Source: Phoronis australis
Taxonomy: Eukaryota > Animalia > Phoronida
Direction: 5' to 3'
Length of the DNA: 64,000 nucleotides
Assembly: GCA_002633005.1 (NCBI GenBank)
Contig: NMRA01000283.1
Location: 1 to 64,000 of the forward strand
The notes beneath the pieces are model-generated. The model made no database searches and was not told the DNA's origin. It was given only the letters and a program-made list of their open reading frames with translations. The translations under genes and the position numbers were made by a program. Of the stretch, positions 27,866 to 40,749 are shown piece by piece. Numbering within the stretch: position 1 is the stretch's first letter; each line of letters starts with the position of its first letter.

Positions 27866-28417
27866 NNNNNNNNNNNNNNNNNNNNNNNNNNNNNNNNNNN
27901 NNNNNNNNNNNNNNNNNNNNNNNNNNNNNNNNNNNNNNNNNNNNNNNNNNNNNNNNNNNNNNNNNNNNNNNNNNNNNNNNNNNNNNNNNNNNNNNNNNNN
28001 NNNNNNNNNNNNNNNNNNNNNNNNNNNNNNNNNNNNNNNNNNNNNNNNNNNNNNNNNNNNNNNNNNNNNNNNNNNNNNNNNNNNNNNNNNNNNNNNNNNN
28101 NNNNNNNNNNNNNNNNNNNNNNNNNNNNNNNNNNNNNNNNNNNNNNNNNNNNNNNNNNNNNNNNNNNNNNNNNNNNNNNNNNNNNNNNNNNNNNNNNNNN
28201 NNNNNNNNNNNNNNNNNNNNNNNNNNNNNNNNNNNNNNNNNNNNNNNNNNNNNNNNNNNNNNNNNNNNNNNNNNNNNNNNNNNNNNNNNNNNNNNNNNNN
28301 NNNNNNNNNNNNNNNNNNNNNNNNNNNNNNNNNNNNNNNNNNNNNNNNNNNNNNNNNNNNNNNNNNNNNNNNNNNNNNNNNNNNNNNNNNNNNNNNNNNN
28401 NNNNNNNNNNNNNNNNN
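27866..28417. other. Assembly gap (552 N)
   Basis: Run of N starting in a (CA)n tract. Flanks match copy-1 positions ~11610 and 12122. Confidence 0.99.
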
Positions 28418-31400
28418 TGCACTTCGCTCTTACGACACTATTGGCTATTGTTGGTAATTTGCGTATGCAAATCAAGGGCTTTGGGCGATTTTACATTTTG
28501 TTTAACCAAGGAAAATTGATTTCTGCACATGTTGCCTACCATATGGTACATTTTATGTAGTTGTCGGACTGTTTTAACCAATGTAGCTCTTATTTAAATG
28601 TTATCAGACTATGTAGAATCGTCTAGGGATTACTTTAACTTTATATGTAACAATCATACGTGGATAAATCTATGGAAATGTGTGTACAGTACATGAGCCA
28701 TTAACTGCATTGCTCAGTTGAATGAAAGCGTAATAAAAATCGACAGGCGAAGTTATGAAACTTGCTAAGCCTTAGGAGGCACCCAGCACTAAGCTCTTGC
28801 TCATTTGGATCTTGGAACATCAGGTCTTGGCAGCTTCAGCAGTATGTTCCAAAGGTACACAAAACCTAAAAATATGAACAAAATGCGGACTCAAAGGTTT
28901 CAAAAAGCTATCCCAAAGAACAAAGAAACTGGTTTCAAAGTGCTTTTCTATCTTTTACGACTACCTCAAGTGCAAATGGCTCCTCAAAATACACCCAATC
29001 GGCATCTTTTACCCCGAAGCCAAAATTTACATCAGACAGTGCTATGAACTGACAGACAGCGCATTCAGACTGCCAAACCCCTCCAGATTGTAAAAATCAT
29101 ATGCAAGGTGGATGGCAACCAGTTAAAAGTTTTACAAATCCAACGTGTCTGAAGGATATAATCTTTCGCTAAATTTCAATTTCTCGCTTGCAATCAGTAA
29201 TTTGATTTCAAAGCCATGGATTAGCAAAAAGTGGGACGGAGTCAATAACTAGCACTCTTTCAAACATAACAGACTCAAAATTCAAGAAAATGCCTTTCGT
29301 AGCCTTCACAAGCACCCAACACAAAGTCGAAACTGCTCAGCCAACTTAACAGTCGTCGATTCTTAATGAAACTGGGGGAGGTAAATTTAACCGTGGTTCA
29401 AAAAATATATTGACTGCCACTTCAGTTGGACCAATCACCCAGTAGTTAAACTGTCAGTAATTAATTGGGAACTAAATGGCTCATGTATAATTATATCATT
29501 GATCAGTGAATTCCATTTATTTATTCGGTATTACCAAATGACCGCTTCAGCAACGTGAAACCTATTAACAATAGCGATATGTGCGCTCTAGGGAAATTCA
29601 CGACAGTCTGGGGAACGCTGCTATGTTTTGATTTATGAGGGAACGCCTCGTTCGTTAGAAGCGTAAAACGGACGAAGCCTTGAGTCACTACCTGTTCAAC
29701 TGTTGGATGACGGCAGAAGGACGTTTAAAGCTAGTTGTGTACATAGCGCAAGCACTATCACCGTAGTGGTTGATTTCTAGCAGATACGCGTTTATTCCAG
29801 GATTACGGATAATACATGTAGTGTGTTAAGGTAGATGTATGAGCGTTTCTGTAACGTTCATGGAAATTATAAAAAAATTGGCCGACGACTACTGCTTCCT
29901 AGTCTGAATAGTTACCAACGAACTCGGATCACTGAATTTGATGTTTGTCGATTTTCAACAACAATATTTTGCTCTCTCTGGATAGGCCGTTTCACTACTG
30001 TTTGGATTAGCGTTTGATAACATACCCTTCCGCAACAAAATCAGGCGATCGTTTAACGCACGATCACGGTGGATTGATTAATACGTTTCTGAATTTACGA
30101 CCAGCTAATGCACCAAAAGGTGAGTGAATGAACCAATTTGCTTCCTGTTCGTTGTTACGTTATGAAAATTTTACACGAAAAATTGTATAATTTGAGTGCG
30201 TGTCCAAGGATTATCTCCTTGATTGGCCCTAATTGTGTTTGAGTGCGATGTGTGGCTCTGAGATGATAATCGAACGGCCAAAGATACACACAAGCCTGTG
30301 CAGAGCTGCGTTTGCAAAGAGCGCTTTTTTGTTGAAAAACCCTGTTTTGATTTAAGTCACTTACCGAAATTGATCCCAAATTGTTCCATAGTCAAAAAGT
30401 TTGATTTTTGACGCGGAAACAACTGTCAGTTCGTTATCCTTCACAGCAACCTCTCTAAAAGCTACCGGGGTGTTAAAGTTCCCACCACCCATTTTCTTAG
30501 TTTTTGAAGTTTCAGTTAGCTATTATGAGATGAATACCATAAAATCTAACTAAATAGGCACTTTTTACGAAAATAGTCGCTAATTGTTTAATTTTGAAGA
30601 AACATTAGTTATTACCAAGTTTCCCCCCCAAATGATGCAATGGGTGGAAAACGTTTGGTCAATTGCAATGGCGAAACACAGCAGATCAGAAGACGAGTAC
30701 AATTTTGAGCAAGAATTGGATAATTATTATGCAGACAGCGGGGAGGGTGGATACGGGCATGGCACTCAAGTACTTGAAAAAACAGACTATGTAATCGATT
30801 TCCCACTTAGCTATCTTTCGTCGAACTCGACTCACTTGCACGAGAAATGCTGCAGACTTGCATGTATTGTGTGAGCCACACCCAACTGAACCAAGGGCAC
30901 TTAGACACTTAATAATCACTCAAAAAGGCCACAGTTTGTTCGTTATTTATAAAATTTGCAAATACACTTACAAGGCGGGGATCTTTCATCGTAGCACCGC
31001 TTTTGTGTTTGGTCGAAACACGATTCCTTGAAATGTGCCGAACAAAGTGTGACTCCCGACTGAATCGCATGCTCCACACTGAAGTTCCACACTCTCATGC
31101 GGAGCACAAACCGATGTCACTTCTGTGTGACTTTCATGCATTTAGGACATTTGAATACAGAGACGTTCTCAGTCAAGTTGCTGTTACTACAGTCTCCACA
31201 AACGCACCTTTACATGTCTGAAAAAGACGAGTCACAGCGAACTTTCCTCACAACTTACTTCTCAGTATCGCTCTGGTAAAACGGCGAGACGGTCTTCCAC
31301 CCCTAACGTACAACTCCGATAACAGAAAAATGTGTTTGACTTGTTTCTTACCAACAGGTTATTAAATCTCTGAAAATGTAATAATAATATTCTTTGTTAG

Positions 31401-31590
31401 ACACAGAGTCGCGGTGGGAACTCTTTAAAACATGATTAAAGGAGCCACCAGCACCTGCGTTGTTATCCGAAGGAAATCCGCATTTCACGTTCTGGAGCCG
31501 ATTCATTGCGTCATTTTAAGTTTACCGAAGTTGGAAGTGAAATGCATTCGATTGAAGAACATGGCTGACGTAAAAAGTTCCCTTGGGACC

Positions 31591-32296
31591 TAGGGCTTTA
31601 CCGCTGACAGGTGGCGCTACCCTGACCGATTTGACATGTGACTTGTTGCTGTGAAGACAAAAAACAAACACGAGGGACTTTGTTTCTGTATGTGAAACTT
31701 TCACAAAGTATTAAAGCTTTTGTGATTATGGTGATAGTGATTAGCTATAGACGCCAGTCCCAACTTTAATAATCGCACTTTTTCTCCGGTGCAGTTCAAT
31801 AGGGACCTATCACGTTTGGTCTCCACATTGCGATTTTGCTAACAAATTCAAATTTTGTTCGGACGAAAATTTGTTTTATCAACCAGCAAAATGTTGTCAA
31901 CAGGTTAGAACATTTAACCATTTGCTTGAAAAACATATCATGACAGACAATTGTTTCAGTAACCTAAATGCCATAATAGGACAGGGATGAAGCACTTACA
32001 TGTATGACACCTGACAAATCACCTGCAGAGAAAATGCACATGCCTAAAATCAGCAATGATTTAGCCATGATTATTTCTAATGTTCACAAGCTGTTGCATT
32101 ACTCACAATTTAACGTCATCGAGGACGAGTGAAGTTTGAAGGTTTTATCGTTTTGTTTTGATGCTTGTTTCATAATGCTCCGAAAAAAGTTGTCAAATCA
32201 CGGCCCGGAATCACCGCTCAGTGTTCGGGCCATAACACGATAAGCGCCACGTGACTTGTTATTGAGTGCTGCGCCACCTGTCACCGGCGTAGCCCT
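31591..32296. mobile_element. Non-autonomous DNA transposon/MITE with ~26-bp imperfect terminal inverted repeats (hAT-like TAGGGC end)
   Basis: Left end agggctttaccgctgacaggtggcgc. Right end gcgccacctgtcaccggcgtagccct, whose reverse complement is agggctacgccggtgacaggtggcgc. Flanks tgggacct/tgggctat could be a decayed 8-bp TSD. Confidence 0.45.
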
Positions 32297-34754
32297 TGGG
32301 CTATTCGACTGGGCTAAGCCGGTTTGGCAGTGATTAATGAACTTGGGTAAACAAAAAATGTAACAACAAACATGCACTTTAAGAAAAATTAGGTAAAATT
32401 GCCATACACTAAGGACATTTCTATAACTGTCGAAAATATCGAAGGTATATTTCAAGAGCAAAAAACTAAAATGGACATAATCCTTACGGTCGGCTTCGGA
32501 GCCTCATCGGCGCGCGATGAGCACTTAGCTCCGTCAGGTTTGAATTAATTTAATTCGAGATAAAAAGTACTGCATGATTTTCCTAACACTAAAAATAATT
32601 CCTCATCGCTGACGCTGACTATCAACTCATCAACCACATTTCACTTGTCTCATCCCCGCCACCTCTTGTTCAGTTTGAGTTTTCGGTCAAGTGATCGCGG
32701 AAATTTCATTTGGACAACTGCGAAATTTTTCAAAGTCAATTTAGCAAGTGACTCTCTTATTTCAGTAGTCGGAAATAGGTACCTAGAAATGTTTGGTAGG
32801 GTAAGGTTTTTGTTTGTTTCATGTCAAGCGTTTTAGCCGTGTTGTTATCACGACAACATGAATTCTTAGGTTTAAAACGAACAATTCGAACACTAATAAC
32901 AGTTCTTGTGATACTGTACATCAGCAGGTGAGTGACCATGTGTCGCATGTAATACGTTCCCATCTCACGGTATTCTAAAAAGCGTTTGCACATAACAGTC
33001 GTTGCCACAGTATACGTAGCGGGATTTAAAGTCAAATATGGATGTGCACGTTCACCCTTGACTGATTGTTACTTGAAACCTCAGAACTGTGTATTTTTTA
33101 AGTACTTTACATTCAGTTTGACGCATATGAGCAGCAGAGTATTTTAAAGACACATCAAGAATACCTTGCAAGTCTAATGTATGTCATCACTATGTCTTAC
33201 TCAATACAACCGGTTACATCTCTTATTGTATAACCTTTTCTTACCCAAATTAAAGCAGAGGTAATTTTGTTAACACAAAGATGTATAAGCAGTTAGGAAC
33301 ACAAAAGCAGATGAAAATTAAAAGAACTATAAAACAGGTAAAAATTAACTGTACATAGAAAATCACAGTACAGAATAGAAGATTATTTTGGAATTTTTAT
33401 ATTAAAACTATTAGAATAGAAAAGTTAAAAACCATCACAGTACTGAGTAGAAATTTATATTGGAGGCATTCGTTAAATTTTATTGTATTACATTGCACAG
33501 TGTTACAATATTGTTATAAGAAAGTGAGAGTCCTTGAAATGTAACGGTTTTTAATCAAGCTTTAAAGTTACCGCTTTCGCAGAAACACAGAAGAATAAAA
33601 GATCAAAATCCCAATAAACGGTATCCGGAACTGGAATTTGGTCATCGTGGAGGAGTATTTACAGCGCGCGTGTGGAGATTAAGGGTGGAAACTCTCTCGG
33701 GATTTGTACCAAGGGTTTGGTGCTGCTTAGGGTATCGAAGCTGAAATATAGAGGTGTGGTCGTGGAATTCCTTCCACCCCTTGATAGCAAGCTATTAGTA
33801 ATCAGCTGAGCACTATCCTTCGTGGAAAAACTAAACACGAATTACATGACGCTTGGAAGCTTTGTGATAATTGCTTCAATCACTTGCAAGTACTCTGTAA
33901 TTAATTGCATCTATTTAAACTGCGCTTTGTAAAGAGAGCATGCGAAATAAATAATGTCGAACATTACGTGCATAAAGTATCAAAGATGTTGATGTAATGA
34001 CCTGCTAACCGATTTCATTAAATTCATTGACTCCGAAAAATATGGGTGCCTACATCTACATAAGAAAGTCACGAGCAGACAGAATGTTTAATAATGGCGG
34101 CCATTAATTGCATAAATTGTGCTAATTTTTCATGCAACGGCAAGCAAACTGATTTTATTAAATAATTAAAACATGGGTGCAAATGTCTGTGGTGCTTCGT
34201 ACCTCAGCTAAAAGCACAAAATTTTTAATCGAATAGTGGCGACCTTAATCTACACCGAGTATGCAAATTCACGATTTATCCACCTCCAAACCAACTTCTC
34301 AAATTCACTTACCTTGGAAACATAGGTAAAACGTCAAAATAATCTACTTATGGTGCTTGGTAAGGAAGTTATTAACAAATTAAAGCAGACATTTGCATAA
34401 TGGTAGCCTTAATTTGGATATTTAAAAATCCTCAAGGTTTTCAAGATTACAAGCCAGTCAAAATGTTTCGGGGGGAGGGGTACCTTAACAAGAAAGAATA
34501 AAAAACATATACTACCAAAAATGTCTAGGTCCTCCATGGGAACCCTATGGATAAGTTACTTGAGAAAACGTCGCCGTCTTAGTCGGGCAACAAAAACGAA
34601 GCATAGGCGCCCGTTATTGTAGTTCAGGTCAGTGAGGAGCGCACTGACATCGAAAAATCCCCTTGTGTGGATGTTGTTTCTATCGCTTTGCAACGGACAA
34701 CAAAGCCGGTGTCCATTTGTTGCCATGCGATACAAAATGAGCTGTCGGTAGCCG

Positions 34755-37262
34755 CTGCAACTGTCAGAAATTTGCTTCAGTTTCACCACAGGATGGTGAA
34801 GAAAAGAAACTCTGATCTGGAAAAGTGCTCCATCTAATTAATTAGCGCAGCAGGTCCCCATTAGTGAAACTTGATGTACATTTGCCTTAGTGCTGTCTGT
34901 GGGCTATGTGACATATTCACCATTTCAACCTACAAAACGCTTCATATGCACACAAATGGCTAAAATATCTATAAAAGACAACAAAATTTATACATGTACA
35001 ACAAAAGTCAAAATGTGGATCATAAACAACCAAACAAAGAAAAAAACAAAACAAAACAGCAGTGTTACGCTCAAGTGGCAAGGCCGTCGTTCAGGATTCG
35101 TTCCTTACTGACGTGCAAGGAATTCACAAGACATACAGTGTAGTGAATAGTCGATGATTTTCTGATTTCGGTCGAGGTAAAAATTGCGCTCAAAAAGGTT
35201 TGTAGTTTGAGAACAGAAAAGAGGAAAACATTGTGTGATGTGATATTTTGGTAATTTTGTATTTATTTTCAAGTGTTTGAACTTCATTAACCCATCGCCT
35301 TTGAACACAGTGCGAATAATAAATTACCCACATTTTAAAAACGCCAATGCACAATATATGTCAATAGTTCTAGTATAAGATATGGAATATTCGCTTGCAA
35401 CTGTGACTAGGAGTGTTTTTAACTTTTTACGTTCATAATGTTTTCGGAGGCTGAAACTGAATTCCGTCATGTTAAGCTGTAACTTTGAACATATATGGAG
35501 TTGATGAACAGAATTTTGAGCCAACACCGCGTCGTCCCGCGAAGACCGCCTGCAAACAACAGACTTGGTTGTCAATGACCGAGCAACACTCACACTCACC
35601 AACTGCTTGCAGGTAAACGCCACCCAGTCGCTCAATAGATTTTTACACTTGCGACATCCATGTGAAACATTCGACGGGATTAGACTACTCGAGGTATAAA
35701 AATGAACTGAAATGAGGTGTTTCAAACATGGAGTATGCACTCAAGGTTTTAATCTATTACTTTCATATTGCATGAATCTCTCCGTCTTCATTACTGAAAT
35801 TAGCAATTTTTCAGCGCATAATTTGTCGTGTCATCAGTTGCTTGATACTTTGACTCTGACAGGTCAATTCCCTTCAAGGAGTAAAACCGCGCACGACGCC
35901 GGGAAGAGCGAGTTTGTGATGTTTTTAATCAACATAAGTCACCTCGGCAGCTTGCTAAGTGTCGCGAGAGTAAAGAATATCAGCGACTGGGTCGCGTTTA
36001 GTTGCCACGAGGCAAATTTGAACTGAACGGCTTTCACTTGCAAGCCATACCACGTGTTGCTTTCAATATACCCTTGTAGACTTGTACTGGTCCGAATATT
36101 CAAAGCGACAGAAACAATACCTATGATTATGAGGACAAAAATGAGTTTCGTTTGCGATAGTTTCTATAAATATATAGTAACACCGTCTTCTTAAAGTCCT
36201 ATCTACAAGTCGACATCGAAATGACAAATTTGTTCATAGTCAACTATAAATTCGATACTAGACACATCAATCTCGGTCATTGCCATTTTCCACTGGAACC
36301 CTACTTATTGAGGAGCGTTTGGAACACGATCAGATGAATATGACTATTTAGGCCTCTCTACAATAGCGATGATATAAAAGCAAGTCAGTTTCGTTGGTTT
36401 GTTCAAATTTCGTGGAAATTTAAAAATAACCACAGTAGACTTGCACACAGGTCGGACATTTCATTACAAATAACATCGTCATAACTGCACGTGAGACAAC
36501 CTCACTCACGAGTACCCACTCTGTAAAACGAAACACCATGATCTAGAAATTTATTCCTCCCTGTGGTCTAAAGTCTATGTTTTGTTAGTCTAGTTTTACT
36601 TGCACCAGTATTTTTGTATTCTGGGTGTGCGACGTAAAGGCTTGGTTACGTCATAGCACGGTATTGAGACGTGACCAGTTGAACTCATTAAATTTGTGTA
36701 CATGGCTTTACCCTCAAAGAATTGGGTGCTTTATGTCAACAATTTAGTATAGGCCAATTAATATTTAGCTGTAATCCTTGCAAGCGCAGTCTTCTATAGC
36801 AACCAATGTGGGCCATTCTGTTTGATATTTGATTTAATGCCTACATGTACCTTTCGTGTCGATAACCGTTTTGTACGAAATTTTATCAAAAATACTCTAC
36901 ACGTAGCCAAATTCTTGTAATAAGACAATACGCCGTAGTGGTGCTACGGTGCTAAGAATCGTGTAGTGCGCTAAGCAGAGAAATGATCTCGGTTTACTTC
37001 CTGACTGCATGAATAAATAACAGCTGTTAAATAATTAATGAAACTATAGACATTCCATAAACGTTGTCGATCGATGTGAAATATTTTTTGTCGTTAATCC
37101 CATTTAATTGCAACCCATGTCTTGATCACCATAGTGGCCTATACTGAGAATGCTTCCATCATTTAATCGTGACGTCATTGTAACAGGTATGCGACTGAAC
37201 ATTGGAAAAGATCGATCCGGGTGATAAGGACGTGAACAGAAGGAATATAAATAGTAGGACAG
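34755..37262 (+). repeat. ~2.5-kb duplication, copy A (likely uncollapsed haplotype)
   Basis: Colinear with 37264-39994. Ends exactly at the single N (37263). Lacks ~210 bp present in copy B (~38626-38837). Confidence 0.85.
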
Positions 37263-37263
37263 N

Positions 37264-39994
37264 TCTGTAATTGTCTGAAATTTGCTGCAGTTTCACCACG
37301 GGATGGTGAAGAAAAGAAACTTTCTGATCTGGAAAAGTACTCCATCTAATCAATTAGCGCAGCAGGTCCCCATTACTGAAACTTGACGTACATTTGCCCG
37401 TAGTGCTGTCTGCAGGAAATGTGACGTATTCACCATTTCAACTTACAAAACGCTTCATATGCAAACAAATGACTAAACTATCTATAAAAGACAACCAAAT
37501 TTTACAACAAGCGTCAAAATGTGGATTATAAACAACCAAACAAAGAAAAAACAAAATAAAACAGCAGTGTTACGCTCAGGTGGCATGGCTGTCGTTCAGG
37601 ATTCGATCCTTACTGACGTGCGAGGAATTCATAAGACATACAGTGTAGTGAATAGTCGATGATTTTCTGATTTCTGTCGAGGTAAAAATTGCGCTCTAAA
37701 AGGTTTGTAGTTTGAGAACAGAAAAGAGGAAAACATTGTGTGATGTGACATTTTGGTAATTTTGTATTTATTTTCAAGTGATTGAACTTCATTAACCCTT
37801 CGGCCTTTGAACACAGTGCGAATAATAAATTACCCACATTTTAATAACGCCAATGCACAATATATGTCAATAGTTCTAGTTATAAAATATGAAACATTCG
37901 CTTGCAACTGTGACTAGGAGTGTTTTTAACTTTTCACGTTCATAATGTGTTCGGAGGCTAAAACTGAATTACGTCATGTTAAGCTGTAACTTTGAACATA
38001 TTTGGAGTTGATGAACAGAATTTTGAGCCAACACCGCGTCGTCCCGCGAAGACCGCCTGCAAACAACAGACTTGGTTGCAACGCAAACTGTCAATGACTG
38101 AGCGACACTCACACTCACCAAGTGCTTGCAGGTAAACGCCATCCAGTCGCTCAATAGATTTTTACACTTGCAACATGGTGTGAAACATCCGACGGGATTA
38201 GACTGCTCGAGGTATAAAACTGAACTGAGATGATCTGTTTCAAACATGGAGTATGCACTCAAGGTTTTAATCTATTACTTTCATATTGCATGAATCTCTC
38301 CGTCTTCATTACTGAAATTAGCAATTTTTCAGCGCATAATTTGTCGTGTCATCAGTTGCTTGATACTTTGACTCTGACAGGTCAATTCCCTTCAAGGAGT
38401 AAAAGCCGCGCACGACGCCGGGAAGAGCGAGTTAGTGATGTTTTTAATCAACATAAGTCACCTCGGCAGCTTGCTAAGTGTCGCGAGAGTAAAGAATATC
38501 AGCGACTGGGTCGCGTTTAGTTGCCACTAGGCAAATTTGAACTGAACGGCTTTCACTTGCAAGCCATACCACGTGTTGCTTTCAATATACTCTTGTACAC
38601 TTGTACTGGTCCGAATATTCAAAGCTGCATTTCGCCCACTTTAGGTGTCGCGTTAAACATATTTGGAGTTCTTAACAGAAGGACCAAAACCAGCGGCTCA
38701 TTTGCCGTGTACGCCTACCCGCTGGACTGAAATGGTCGTTGTTGTGCCGTTTGAAACTCCCGGGTTGGCCAACAGCAATAAATTCTCCGATTCTCCGATG
38801 TATTCTCTTGACGTGTCGGTTTGTATATTCTTCTTTGCGACAGAAACAATACCTATGATTATGAGGACAAAAATGAGTTTCGTTTGCAATAGTTTCTATA
38901 AATATATAGTAATACTGTCTTCTTAAAGTCCAATCTACAAGTCGACATCGAAATGACAAATTTGTTCATAGTCAACTATAAATTCGATACTGGACACATC
39001 AATCTCGGTCATTCCCATTTTCCACTGGAACCCTACTTATTGAGGATCGTTTGGAACACGATCAGATGAATATGACTATTTAGGCCTCTCTATAATAGCG
39101 ATGATATAAAAGCAAGTCAGTTTCGTTGGTTTGTTCAAATTTCGTGGAAATTTAAAAATAACCACAGTAGACTTGCACACAGCTCGGACATTTCATTACA
39201 AATAACATCGTCCTAACTGCTCGTGAGACAACCTCACTCACGAGTACCCACTCTGTAAAACGAAACACCATGATCTAGAAATTTATTCCTCCCTGTGGTC
39301 TAAAGTCTATGTTTTGTTAGTCTAGTTTTACTTGCACCAGTATTTTTGTATTCTGGGTGTGCGACGTAAAGGCATGGTTACGTCATAGCACGGTATTGAG
39401 ACGTGACCAGTTGAACTCATTAAATTTGTGTACATGGCTTTACTCTCAAAGAATTGGGTGCTTTATGTCAACAATTTAGTATAGGCCAATTAATATTTAG
39501 CTGTAATCCTTGCAAGCGCAGTCTTCTATAGCAACCAATGTGGACCATTCTGTTTGAAATTTGATTTAATGCCTACATGTACCTTTCGTGTCGATAACCG
39601 TTTTGTATGAAATTTTATCAAAAATACTCTACACGTGGCCAAATTCTTGTAATAAGACAATACGCCGTAGTGGTGCTACGGTGCTAAGAATCGTGTAGTG
39701 CGCTAAGCAGAGAAATGATCTCGGTTTACTTCCTGACTGCATGAATAAATAACAGCTGTTAAATAATTAATGAAACTATAGACATTCCATAAACATTGTA
39801 GATCGATGTGAAATATTTTTTGTCGTTAATCCCATTTAATTGCAACCCATGTCTTGATCACCATAGTGGCCTATACTGAAAATGCTTCCATCATTTAATC
39901 GTGACGTCATTGTAACAGGTATGCGAATGAACATTGGAAAAGATCGATCCGGGTGATAAGGACGTGAGCAGAAGGAATATAAATAGTAGGACAG
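37264..39994 (+). repeat. ~2.7-kb duplication, copy B (continues into the putative nAChR exon 1)
   Basis: Begins right after the single N. Shows scattered SNPs and indels relative to copy A. Confidence 0.85.
39902..39985 (+). promoter_or_regulatory. Putative core promoter: perfect CRE (TGACGTCA, 39902-39909) and TATA box (TATAAATA, 39978-39985)
   Basis: Both motifs are directly visible just upstream of an ATG in good context (gaaATGG at 40021). Function is inferred. Confidence 0.45.
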
Positions 39995-40020
39995 ATTTTT
40001 ACATCGGGGAGTTGAACGAA

Positions 40021-40069
40021 ATGGCGATGTGCTGGTTGTCTCTTGTGGTTATCACCGTGGTTATTGAAG
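40021..40069 (+). CDS. Putative exon 1 (signal peptide MAMCWLSLVVITVVIE-G) of the nicotinic acetylcholine receptor subunit gene
   Basis: ATG, hydrophobic 16-mer, then donor AAG|GTAGGT in phase 1, matching the phase-1 acceptor of exon 2 (G|GA). Splicing gives MAMCWLSLVVITVVIEGLAASDDENRL. nAChR genes typically have a ~50-80 bp phase-1 signal exon. Confidence 0.6.
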
Positions 40070-40749
40070 GTAGGTATTCAATTTTTAATGACTCACTGTG
40101 TTACCGCGACATAAATAAACTACATAACTAGCTTTGCAAAACTGCTGCGTGACACATACATTGACTTTTGCATTAATATCATAACTTCGAATAAACAAAA
40201 CAACTTTGGTTTTCCTTCGACATACCTTTTAATAAGGTTTTATCGTAATCAATGTCAATTATTCAATTTGAAATGAAGCCCAGGTTTATTAAACTTGCTT
40301 TCGTACGTCATTTCAGTTAAGAGAACCATTAGCTTGCATTACCAAATAGCCAGTAATGTATCAACTACTTGACAGATCCAATATGTACGGTATTCTTAAA
40401 AGTGAAAAACGCCGTTAGGGGTGTTAGGGTTGAGAGAAAATCTATCACTCTTGCAACACAATTGTATTGCGAATCATCAACTGAAATCCAGACGCACACA
40501 CTGAGGAAATACTAGTTCGAATAAGTTAAGTTCACGCCTGATCGTTTTATTATTTTCATTTTTTATCAGAGCTAATGGGTAGTTTGCTCAAGGTGTTCTG
40601 TTTTATAACTTACATATAAGTTCGATAGCAGCCCTTCATTGTCGCAAACTTGGCTGAAGACACGACAGTGTCTTTTGTTACACAGCTTGATATACACCCG
40701 TTCGTATTCTGCATATACAATCTCCTATCTTTCGGCGTGTGGCTCAACC

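Larger units (their letters stand above)
16533..33508 (+). repeat. Tandem segmental duplication, copy 2 (~17 kb)
   Basis: Colinear with copy 1. Has extra satellite segments (~17705-22540, ~25885-26950) and small indels. Ends at ...cagtgttacaa (33508), the same point where copy 1 ends (16532). Confidence 0.9.

Noticed and set aside
27766-28560. Long ORFs of 218-240 aa
   Set aside because: Made of N-gap codons (X).
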